Shown here: positions 41,301-53,812 of the stretch, in pieces | How the letters are laid out: the number at the start of each line of letters is the position of its first letter | How positions within the stretch are numbered: position 1 is the first letter of the stretch | Assembly (NCBI RefSeq): GCF_009914755.1 | Contig: NC_060939.1 | DNA length: 64,000 nucleotides | Source of the DNA: the human T2T-CHM13v2.0 reference genome, Homo sapiens | Strand: one strand, 5' to 3' | The notes under the pieces: generated by a model | Seen by the model: the letters and a program-made list of their open reading frames with translations, nothing else | Told to the model about the DNA's origin: nothing | The model's database searches: none | Program-made: the position numbers and the translations under genes

Positions 41301-44300
41301 TTCCATTCTAATCCAACTGATTCCATTCCATTCTATTCAATCCCATTCCATTTCATTCCATTCCATTCCATTTCATTGCATTATATTCCATTCGTGTCCA
41401 TTCCACTCCAGTCCATTCCATTCGTGTCCATTCCATTCCAGTCCATTCCATTTGTGTCCACTGCATTCCATTCCACTCCATTCCATATTATTCCATTCCA
41501 CTCCATTCCATTCTACTACTTTCATTTCCATTCAATTCCATTCCATTTGATTCCATTCCACTCGGTTTCATTCCATTTGAGTCCACTCCATTCCATTCCA
41601 TTCCATTCCATTCAGTTCCATTCAATCCTGTTGCATTCCATTCCATTCCATTGCATTCCATTCCATTCGGTACCATTCCATATTGTTCCATTCGATTCCA
41701 TTCGATTCCATTCCATTCCTTTCAAATCCATTCCATTTCATTCCATTCCATTCCATTCCACTTGATTCCACTCCATTCCCTTCCACTGCATTCCATTCGA
41801 TTCCATTCCATTGCATTGCATTCCATTCCATTGGATTGCATTCCAATCGATTCCATTCCATTCGAATCAATTATATAGCAATCCATTACATTCGAGTCTA
41901 TTCTATTCCGTTCCATTCGATTTCGTTCCAATCCATTTGATTCCATTCCATACTATTGCATTCCATTCGATTACATTATATTCGAATAAGTTCCATTCAA
42001 GACCATTTCTTTTGAGTCCATTCTATTTGAGTCCATTCCCTTTGATTCCATAACATTTGAGTCCATTCAATTCCATTCCTTTCGTTTCCATTCCATTTGA
42101 TGCCATTCCATTCAATTCTGTTCTACTCGACTCCAATACATTCAATTCCATTCCATCCGATTTCATTACATTCTTTTCATTTCTTATCCATTTCAAGCCA
42201 TTCCATTCCATTCCATTCCACTCGTTTCCTTCCATTCGAGTCCATTCCTCTCCAGTCCGTTCCGCTCAATCCATTCCATTCCAGTCCATTCCATTCGAGT
42301 CCGTTCCAGTCCAGTCCATTCCATTCGAGTCAATTCCATTCCATTCGATGTCTTTCCATAACGATCCATTCCATTCTATTCCTTTCGATTCCATTCCATT
42401 CTATTTCATTCCATTCGATTCCCTTCCATTGGACTCCTTTCCATTCCAGTGCATTCCATTCCGTTCCATTTCTTTCCGTTCTGTACGATTCCTACCGTTC
42501 GATTTCATTTTGTTCCAGTCCATTCCTTTCGCGTTCATTCCTTTCCATTTCACTCCATTCGATTCCATTCCACTCGATTCCACTTCGTTCCATTTCATTG
42601 CATTCCATTCTATTCAACTCTATTGCCTTCCATTCCATTCCATTCGATTATATTCCATGCGATTCCATTCAAAATTGAATCAATTACATTGCAATCCATT
42701 ACTATAGAGTCCGTTTTATTCCAGTCCACTGCATTCTGGTCCATTCCATTTGATTCCATTCCATTCTATTCCATTCCATACAGTTGCATTCCATTGGATT
42801 CCATTCTATATCTATAAATTCAATTCGAGACCATTGCTTTTGAGTCCATTCTATATGATTCCATTCCATTCAAGTCCATTACATTTGGTTCAATTCCATT
42901 CCATTGCATTCCCTTCTATTCCATTCCATTTGATATCAATCCATTCGATTCCATTCCATTCGAGCACATTCCATTCGAGTCCATTCCATTCGATGCCATT
43001 CCATTTGATTCTATTCCATTAGTCTCCATTCAATTCCATTAATCTCCATTCCATTCCATTCTACTCCAACTGATTCCATTCCATTCTATTCTTTCCCATT
43101 CCATTTCATTCCATTCCATTCCATTTCATTGCATTCCATTCCATTCGCTTCCATTCCATTCGTGTCCATTCCACTCCAGTCCATTCCATTCTTGTCCATT
43201 CCATTCCAGTCCATTCCATTTGTGTCCACTGCATTCCATTACACTCCTTTCCATATTATTCCATTACACTCCATTCCATTCTATTACTTTCATTTCCATT
43301 CAATTCCATTCCATTTTATTCCATTCCACTCGGTTTCATTCCATTTGAGTCCACTCCATTCCATTCCATTCCATTCAATTCAGTTCCATTCCATCCTGTT
43401 CCATTCCATTCCATTCCATTGCATTCCATTCCATTCGGTACCATTCCATATTGTTCCATTCGATTCCATTCGAATCTATTCAATTCCAGTCCATTCCATT
43501 CGATTCCATTCCATTCCTTTCAAATCCATTCCATTCCATTTCTTTCCATTCCACTTGATTCCACTCCATTCCCTTCCACTGCATTGCATTCGATTCCATT
43601 CCATTGCATTGCATTCCATTCCATTGGATTGCATTCCATTCGATTCCATTCCATTCGAATCAATTACATAGCAATCCATTACATTCGAGTCTATTCTATT
43701 CCGTTCCATTCGATTTCGTTCCAATCCATTCGATTCCATTCCATACTATTGCATTCCATTCGATTACATTATATTCGAATAAGTTCCATTCAAGACCATT
43801 TCTTTTGAGTCCATTCTATTTGAGTCCATTCCCTTTGATTCCATAACATTTGAGTCCATTCAATTCCATTCCTTTCGTTTCCATTCCATTTGATGTCATT
43901 CCATTCAATTCTGTTCTACTCGACTCCAATACATTCAATTCCATTCCATCCGATTCCATTACATTCTTTTCATTTCTTATCCATTTCAAGCCATTCCATT
44001 TCATTCCATTCCACTCGTTTCCTTTCCATTCGAGTCCATTCCTCTCCAGTCCATTCCGTTCAATCCATTCCATTCCAGTCCATTCCATTCGAGTCCGTTC
44101 CAGTCCAGTCCATTCCATTCGAGTCAATTCCATTCCATTCGATGTCTTTCCATAACGATCCATTCCATTCTATTCCTTTCGATTCCATTCCATTCTATTT
44201 CATTCCATTCTATTCCCTTCCATTGGACTCCTTTCCATTCGAGTGCATTCCATTCCGTTCCATTTCTTTCCGTTCTGTACGATTCCTACCGTTCGATTTC

Positions 44301-47300
44301 ATTTTGTTCCAGTCAATTCTTTTCGCGTCCATTCCATTCCATTTCACTGCATTCGATTCCATTCCACTCGATTCCACTTCGTTCCATTTCATTGCATTCC
44401 ATTCTATTCAACTCTATTGCCTTCCATTCCATTCCATTCGATTATATTCCATGCGATTCCATTCAAAATCGAATCAATTACATTGCAATCCATTACTATA
44501 GAGTCCGTTTTATTCCAGTCCACTGCATTCTGGTCCATTCCATTTGATTCCATTCCATTCTATTCCATTCCATACAGTTGCATTCCATTGGATTCCATTC
44601 TATATCTATAAATTCAATTCGAGACCATTGCTTTTGAGTCCATTCTATATGATTCCATTCCATTCAAGTCCATTACATTTGGTTCAATTCCATTCCATTC
44701 CATTCCCTTCCATTCCATTCCATTTGATATCAATCCATTCGATTCCATTCCATTCGAGCACATTCCATTCGAGTCCATTCCATTCGATGCCATTCCATTT
44801 GATTCTATTCCATTAGTCTCCATTCAATTCCATTAATCTCCATTCCATTCCATTCTACTCCAACTGATTCCATTCCATTCTATTCCTTCCCATTCCATTT
44901 CATTCCATTCCATTCCATTTCATTGCATTCCATTCCATTCGCTTCCATTCCATTCGTGTCCATTCCACTCCAGTCCATTCCATTCTTGTCCATTCCATTC
45001 CAGTCCATTCCATTTGTGTCCACTGCATTCCATTCCACTCCATTCCATATTATTCCATTACACTCCATTCCATTCTATTACTTTCATTTCCATTCAATTC
45101 CATTCCATTTTATTCCATTCCACTCGGTTTCATTCCATTTGAGTCCACTCCATTCCATTCCATTCCATTCCATTCAGTTCCATTCCATCCTGTTCCATTC
45201 CATTCCATTCCATTGCATTCCATTCCATTCGGTACCATTCCATATTGTTCCATTCGATTCCATTCGAATCTATTCAATTCCAGTCCATTCCATTCGATTC
45301 CATTCCATTCCTTTCAAATCCATTCCATTCCATTCCTTTCCATTCCACTTGATTCCACTCCATTCCCTTCCACTGCATTGCATTCGATTCCATTCCATTG
45401 CATTGCATTCCATTCCATTGGATTGCATTCCATTCGATTCCATTCCATTCGAATCAATTACATAGCAATCCATTACATTCGAGTCTATTCTATACCGTTC
45501 CATTCGATTTCGTTCCAATCCATTCGATTCCATTCCATACTATTGCATTCCATTCGATTACATTATATTCGAATAAGTTCCATTCAAGACCATTTCTTTT
45601 GAGTCCATTCTATTTGAGTCCATTCCCTTTGATTCCATAACATTTGAGTCCATTCAATTCCATTCCTTTCGTTTCCATTCCATTTGATGTCATTCCATTC
45701 AATTCTGTTCTACTCGACTCCAATACATTCAATTCCATTCCATCCGATTCCATTACATTCTTTTCATTTCTTATCCATTTCAAGCCATTCCATTTCATTC
45801 CATTCCACTCGTTTCCTTTCCATTCGAGTCCATTCCTCTCCAGTCCATTCCGTTCAATCCATTCCATTCCAGTCCATTCCATTCGAGTCCGTTCCAGTCC
45901 AGTCCATTCCATTCGAGTCTATTCCATTCCATTCGATGTCTTTCCATAACGATCCATTCCATTCTATTCCTTTCGATTCCATTCCATTCTCTTTCACTCC
46001 ATTCGATTCCCTTCCATTGGACTCCTTTCCATTCGAGTGCATTCCATTCCGTTCCATTTCTTTCCGTTCTGTACGATTCCTACCGTTCGATTTCATTTTG
46101 TTCCAGTCCATTCCTTTCGCGTCCATTCCATTCCATTTCACTCCATTCGATTCCATTCCACTCGATTCCACTTCGTTCCATTTCATTGCATTCCATTCTA
46201 ATCAACTCTATTGCCTTCCATTCCATTCCATTCGATTACATTCCATGCGATTCCATTCGAAATCGAATAATTTACAATGCAATCCATTACTATTGAGTCC
46301 GTTTTATTCCAGTCCACTGCATTCTGGTCCATTCCATTTGATTCCATTCCATTCTATTCCATTCCATACAGTTGCATTCCATTGGATTCCATTCTATATC
46401 TATAAATTCAATTCGAGACCATTGCTTTTGAGTCCATTCTATATGATTCCATTCCATTCAAGTCCATTACATTTGGTACAATTCCCTTCCATTCCATTCC
46501 CTTCCATTCCATTCCATTTGATATCAATCCATTCGATTCCATTCCATTCGATTCCATTCCATTCGAGTCCATTCCATTCGATGCCATTCCATTTGATTCT
46601 ATTCCATTAGTCTCCATTCAATTCCATTAATCTCCATTCCATTCCATTCTACTCCAACTGATTCCATTCCATTCTATTCCTTTCCATTCCATTTCATTCC
46701 ATTCCATTCCATTCGCTTCCATACCATTCCATTCGCTTCCATTCCATTCGTGTCCATTCCATTCCAGTCCATTCCATTTGTGTCCACTGCATTCCATTCC
46801 ACTCCATTCCATATTACTCCATTACACTCCATTCCATTCTATTACTTTCATTTCCATTCAATTCCATTCCATTTGATTCCATTCCACTCGGTTTCATTCC
46901 ATTTGAGTCCACTCCATTCCATTCCATTCCATTCCATTCCATTCCATTCAGTTCCATTCCATCCTGTTCCATTCCATTCCATTCCATTGCATTCCATTGC
47001 ATTCGGTACCATTCCATATTGTTCCATTCGATTCCATTCGAATCTATTCAATTCCAGTCCATTCCATTCGATTCCATTCCATTCCTTTCAAGTCCATTCC
47101 ATTCCATTCCATTCCATTCCACTTGATTCCACTCCATTCCCTTCCACTGCATTGCATTCGATTCCATTCCATTGCATTGCATTCCATTCCATTGGATTGC
47201 ATTCCATTCGATTCCATTCCATTCGAATCAATTACATAGCAATCCATTGCAATCGAGTCTATTCTATTCCGTTCCATTCTATTTCGTTCCATTCGATTCC

Positions 47301-49790
47301 CTTCCATTGGACTCCTTTCCATTCGAGTGCATTCCATTCCGTTCCATTTCTTTCCGTTCTGTACAATTCCTACCGTTCGATTTCATTTTGTTCCAGTCCA
47401 TTCCTTTCGCGTCCATTCCATTCCATTTCAGTCCATTCGATTCCATTCCATTCGATTCCATTCCACTCGATTCCACTTCGTTCCATTTCATTGCCTTCCA
47501 TTCTATTCACCTCTATTGCCTTCCATTCCATTCCATTCGATTACATTCCATGCGATTCCATTCGAAATTGAATCAATTACATTGCTATCCATTACTATTG
47601 AGTCCGTTTTATTCCAGTCCACTGCATTCTGGTCCATTCCATTTGATTCCATTCCATTCTATTCCATTCCATACAGTTGCATTCCATTGGATTCCATACT
47701 ATATCTATAAATTCAATTCGAGACCATTGCTTTTGAGTCCATTCTATATGATTCCATTCCATTCAAGTCCATTACATTTGGTTCAATTCCATTCCATTCC
47801 ATTCCCTTCCATTCCATTCCATTTGATATCAATCCATTCGATTCCATTCCATTCGAGCACATTCCATTCAAGTCCATTCCATTCGATGCCATTCCATTTG
47901 ATTCTATTCCATTAGTCTCCTTTCAATTCCATTAATCTCCATTCCATTCCATTCTACTCCAACTGATTCCATTCCATTCTATTCCTTTCCATTCCATTTC
48001 ATTCCATTCCATTCCATTCGCTTCCATTCCGTTCGTGTCCATTCCACTCCAGTCCATTCCATTCGTGTCCATTCCATTCCAGTCCATTCCATTTGTGTCC
48101 ACTGCATTCCATTCCACTCCATTCCATTCTATTACTTTCATTTCCATTCAATTCCATTCCATTTGATTCCATTCCACTCGGTTTCATTCCATTTGAGTCC
48201 ATTCCATTCCATTCCATTCCATTCCATTCCATTCCATTCCATTCCGTTCCATTCCTTTCAGTTCCATTCCATTCTGTTCCATTCCATTCCATTCCGTTCC
48301 ATTCCATTCCATTCCATTCCATTCCATTCCATTCCATTCCATTCGGTAACATTCCATATTGTTCCATTCGATTCCATTTGAATCCATCCATTCCAGTCCA
48401 TTCCATTCGATTCCATTCCATTCCTTTCAATTCCCTTCCATTCCATTCCATTCCACTTGATTCCACTCCATTCCCTTCCACTGCATTTCATTCGATTCCA
48501 TTCCATTGCATTGCATTCCATTCCTTTGGATTGCATTCCATTCGATTCCATTCCATTCGAATCAATTACATAGCAATCCATTACATTCGAGTCTATTCTA
48601 TTCCGTTCCATTCGATTTCGTTCCAATCCATTCGATTCCATTCCATTCGATTCCATTCCATGCTATTGCATTCCATTCGATTAAATTATATTCGAATAAG
48701 TTCCATTCAAGACCATTTCTTTTGAGTCCATTCTATTTGAGTCCATTCCCTTTGATTCCATAACATTTGAGTCCATTCAATTCCATTCCTTTCGTTTCCA
48801 TTCCATTTGATGCCATTCCATTCAATTCTGTTCTACTCGACTCCAATACATTCAATTCCATTCCATCCGATTCCATTACATTCTTTTCATTTCTTATCCA
48901 TTTCAAGCCATTCCATTCCATTCCATTCCACTCGTTTCCTTTCCATTCGAGTCCATTCCTCTCCAGTCCATTCCGTTCAATCCATTCCATTCCAGTCCAT
49001 TCCATTCGAGTCCATTCCCTTCCAGTCCATTCCATTCGAGTCAATTCCATTCCATTCGATGTCTTTCCATAACGATCCATTCCATTCTATTCCTTTCGAT
49101 TCCATTCCATTCTATTTCATTCCATTCGATTCCCTTCCATTGGACTCCTTTCCATTCGAGTGCATTCCATTCCGTTCCGTTTCTTTCCGTTCTGTACGAT
49201 TCCTACCGTTCGATTTCATTTTGTTCCAGTCCATTCCTCTCGCGTCCATTCCATTCCATTTCACTCCATTCGATTCCATTCCACTCGATTCCACTTCGTT
49301 CCATTTCATTGCATTCCGTTCTATTCAACTCTATTGCCTTCCATTCCATTCCATTCGATTACATTCCATGCGATTCCATTCGAAATCGAATCAATTACAT
49401 TGCAATCCATTACTATTGAGTCCGTTTTATTCCAGTCCACTGCATTCTGGTCCATTCCATTTGATTCCATTCCATTCTATTCCATTCCATACAGTTGCAT
49501 TCCATTGGATTCCATTCTATATCTATAAATTCAATTCGAGGCCATTACTTTTGAGTCCATTCTATATGATTCCATTCCATTCAAGTCTATTACATTTGGT
49601 ACAATTCCCTTCCATTCCATTCCCTTCCATTCCATTCCATTTGATATCAATCCATTCGATTCCATTCCATTCGAGCACATTCCATTCGAGTCCATTCCAT
49701 TCGATGCCATTCCATTTGATTCTATTCCATTAGTCTCCATTCAATTCCATTAATCTCCATTCCATTCCATTCTACTCCAACTGATTCCAT
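26312..49790 (+). repeat. 24.5-kb-period segmental tandem duplication, copy B
   Basis: Colinear with copy A; only four substitutions and two 5-bp indels were noticed by eye. Confidence 0.93.
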
Positions 49791-50805
49791 TCCATTCTAT
49801 TCCTTTCCATTCCATTTCATTCCATTCCATTCCATTCTATTCCATTCCATTCCATTTCATTCCATTCCATTCCATTCGCTTCCATTCCATTCGTGTCCAT
49901 TCCACTCCAGTCCATTCCATTCGTGTCCATTCCATTCCAGTCCATTCCATTTGTGTCCACTGCATTCCATTCCACTCCATTCCATATTATTCCATTACAC
50001 TCCATTCCATTCTATTACTTTCATTTCCATTCAATTCCATTCCATTTGATTCCATTCCACTCGGTTTCATTCCATTTGAGTCCATTCCATTCCATTCCAT
50101 TCCATTCCGTTCCATTCCATTCCATTCCGTTCCATTCCTTTCAGTTCCATTCCATTCTGTTCCATTCCATTCCATTCCATTCCATTCCATTCCATTCCAT
50201 TCCATTCCATTCGGTACCATTCCATATTGTTCCATTCGATTCCATTCGAATCCATTCCATTCCAGTCCATTCCATTCGATTCCATTCCATTCCTTTCAAT
50301 TCCATTCCATTCCATTCCATTCCACTTGATTCCACTCCATTCCCTTCCACTGCATTCCATTCGATTCCATTCCATTGCATTGCATTCTATTCCATTGGTT
50401 TGCATTCCATTCGATTCCATTCCATTCGAATCAATTACATAGCAATCCATTACATTCGAGTCTATTCTATTCTGTTCCATTCGATTTCGTTCCAATCCAT
50501 TCGATTCCATTCCATTCGATTCCATTCCATACTATTGCATTCCATTCGATTAAATTATATTCGAATAAGTTCCATTCAAGACCATTTCTTTTGAGTCCAT
50601 TCTATTTGAGTCCATTCCCTTTGATTCCATAACATTTGAGTCCATTCAATTCCATTCCTTTCGTTTCCATTCCATCTGATGCCATTCCATTCAATTCTGT
50701 TCTACTCGACTCCAATACATTCAATTCCATTCCATCCGATTCCATTACATTCTTTTCATTTCTTATCCATTTCAAGCCATTCCATTCCTTTCCATTCCAC
50801 TCGTT

Positions 50806-50828
50806 TCCTTTCCATTCGAGTCCATTCC
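50806..50828 (+). repeat. 23-bp direct repeat TCCTTTCCATTCGAGTCCATTCC flanking the 3-kb block (partner 53790-53812; also 57521-57543 and 60525-60547)
   Basis: Read directly at all four junctions; uninterrupted units have one copy at this position. Confidence 0.85.
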
Positions 50829-53812
50829 ACTCCACTCCATTCCATTCGAATACATTTCACTCCAGTCCATTCCATTCGAATTCATTTCACTCCAGTCCAT
50901 TAAATTCGAGTACATTCCATTCCATTCTATTCAATGCCATTCCATTCGATTCTATTCCTTTTGACACCATTCCGTTCCATCCGATTCCATTCCATTGTAT
51001 TCCATTCAATTCCATTCCATTGCATTCCATTCCATTCCATTCGTTTCCATTTCATTCTAATTCATTCCGCTCAAGTGCATTCCATTCGAGTCCATTCCCT
51101 TCCAGTCCATTCCAATAGAGTCCATTGCTTTCCATTCCATTCGATATCTTCCCATTACAGTCCATTCCATTCTATTCCTTTGGTTCCCATTCAATTCAAT
51201 TCCATTTGATTACATTTCATTTGATTACATTCCATTCGACTCCATTCCATTCGAGTCCATTCCATTCCAGTCCATTCCATTCGATTCCATTCCATTCGAT
51301 TCCATTCCACTCATTTCCACTCCGTTGCATTCCATTGCATTCCATTCTATTCCATTCCATTGCATTCCATTCCTTTCGATTCCATTCCATTCGAATCAAT
51401 TACATTGCAATGCATTACTTTCATGCCCTTTCTATTAAAGTCCAATGCATTATGGTCCATTCCATTCAATTCCATTCTATTCCATTCCATTCGAATCAAT
51501 TACATTGCAATCCATCACATTCAAGTACCTTCTGTTCCAGTCCATTCAATTCTGGTCTATTCCATTCAATTCCATTCCCTTTGTTTCCATTCCATTCTTG
51601 TACATTCCATTGGATTCCATCTCATTGAAATAAGTTCTATTCGAGACCATTTCTTCGAGTCCAATCAATTTGAGTCCATTCCATTCGAGTCCATTACATC
51701 TGGGTCTATTCCATTCCATCCCATTCCATTCGATGCCATTCAATTTGATTCTTTTCCTTTCGGCTCCATTCCTTTCCTTTCAGTTCCATCGGATTCCATT
51801 CCATTCTATTCCTTTCCATTTCATTGCATTCCATTCCATTCCACTGGAGACCATTCCACTTCAGTGCATTCCATTCCAGTGTATTCCATTCCATTCCATT
51901 CCATTCCATTCCATTCCATTCCATTCGATATCTTTCCATTACACTCCATTCCATTGTATTCCTTTACAGTCCATTCATTTCCATTCTATTCGATTCCATT
52001 CAATTCAATTCCATTACATTCGACTCCATTTCATTCGAGTCCATTGCTATCCATTTCATTCCAATTCTTTCTGTTCTATTCCATTCCGTTCGATTCCATT
52101 TTGTTCCAGTCCATTCCATTCGAGTCCATTGCTTTCCAGTGCAATTCATTTGATTCCACTCCATTCGATTCCATTCCACTCAATTCCACTCCGTTCCATT
52201 CCTTTGCGTTCCTTTCTCTTCCATTCCATTGCATTCCATTCCATTCCATTCCATTTGTTTACATTCCATTGAATTCCAATCCAGTTGAATCAATTACATT
52301 GCAGTCCATTACATTCGAGTCTGTTCTATCCCAGTTCATTCGATTCTGGTGCATTCCATTGGATTCCTTTCCATTCGATACCATTCCATACTATTGCATT
52401 CCATTCGATTCCATTGTTTTCGAATAAATTCCAATCGAGACCATTCCTTTCGTGTCCATTCTATTTGACTCCATTCCATTTGAGTCCAATAAATTTGTGA
52501 ACATTCCATTCCTTTCCATTCCATTCCATTCCATTCCATTCGGTGCCATTCCATTCCACTCTATTCCATTCAAGTCCATTCTATTTGATTCCATTCCATT
52601 CCATTCGATGCCATTACATTCAATTCTATTCCATTCGACTCCATTCAATTCCATTCTCTTCCAAACGATTCCATTCCATTCTATTACTTTCTATTCCAAT
52701 CCATTCCATTCCTTTCCATTCGTTTCCATTCCATTCGAGTCCACTCCACTCCAGTCCATTCCATTCCAGGCCATTCCATTCAAGTCCATTCCACTCCATT
52801 CCATTCCATTCGATATCTTTCAATAACACCCCATTCCATTCTGTTCCTTACAAATCAATTCAATTCCATTCCATTTGATTCCATTAAATTCGATTACATT
52901 CCATTCGACTCCATTCCATTCGACTCTATTCCATTCAAGTCCATTCCATTCCATTCCATTGCATTCCGTTCGAATCCCTATTCCATTGCATTTTGTTCCA
53001 GTCCATTCCATTTGAGTCCATTCCATGCCAAATCATTCCACTTGATTCCATTCCAATCGATTCTATTGCACTCGAATCCAGTGCATTCCATTCCATTGCT
53101 TTCCATTCTATTACATTCCATTGCATTACTTTGCATTCCATTTGATTACATTCCTTTCGATTGCATTAATTTCGAATCAATTACATTGCAATCCATTGCA
53201 TTCGAGTTCAATTCCAGTCCATTCCAGTCCATTCAAATCAGGCCCATTCCGTTCCATTCCATTCCATTCGATTCCATTCCATTCGAATCGATTGCATTGC
53301 AATGCTTTACATTCAAGTCTGTTTTATTCCAGTCCAATCCATTCCGGTCCATTCCGTTCGATTCCATTCCATTCGATGCCATTCCATACTATTGTATTTC
53401 ATTCGATTCCATTCTATTCAAATAAATTCCACTCGAGACCATTCCTTTGAGTCCATTCTATTTGAGTCCATTCCATTCGAGTCCATTACATTTGGGTCCA
53501 TTCCATTCAATTCCAATGCAATCCATTCCATTCGATGTCACTCCATTCATTTTTATTCCATTAGAATCCATGTCATTCGAGTCCATTCCATTCTATTCCA
53601 TTCCACTCCATTCCATTCCATTCCACTCCATTCCATTCGTTGCCGTTCCATTCAATTCTATTATATTCCACTCCATTTAATTCCATTCCATTCCATTCCA
53701 TTCTATCCAATTCCGTTCCATTCTATTCCTTTAAATTCTTCCATTCCATTCCATTCGTTTCCATTCCATTCGAGTAAAGTCCACTCCAGTCCTTTCCATT
53801 CGAGTCCATTCC
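50829..53812 (+). repeat. 2,984-bp diverged HSat3 block (copy 1) interrupting a 1.8-kb unit
   Basis: Sequence absent from the first 50.8 kb (e.g. CCACTGGAGACC, AATAAATTTGTGAAC, CAAATCAGGCCC, CGAGTAAAGTCC). The standard unit resumes at 53813 exactly where it stopped at 50828. Confidence 0.92.

Larger units (their letters stand above)
1..50828 (+). repeat. Tandem ~1,794-bp HSat3 unit with a KpnI site, D15Z1-like (chr15p 1.8-kb KpnI satellite, probably the HSat3A5 subfamily)
   Basis: GGTACC at 1084, 2878, 4672 (spacing 1794, 1794), 12264->14058 (1794) and 18930->20724 (1794). Landmarks TATCTATAAATTCAATTCGAGACC, TTCTGTACGATTCCTACCG and TTCGCGTCC recur once per unit. The periodicity is seen directly; the locus assignment rests on the known 1.8-kb KpnI HSat3 family. 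Confidence 0.75.

Noticed and set aside
50829-53812. 3-kb block as a transposon or retroelement with a target-site duplication
   Set aside because: It is entirely HSat3, with no poly(A) tail, terminal inverted repeats, LTRs or coding capacity. Homology-mediated crossover explains the flanking repeat more simply.
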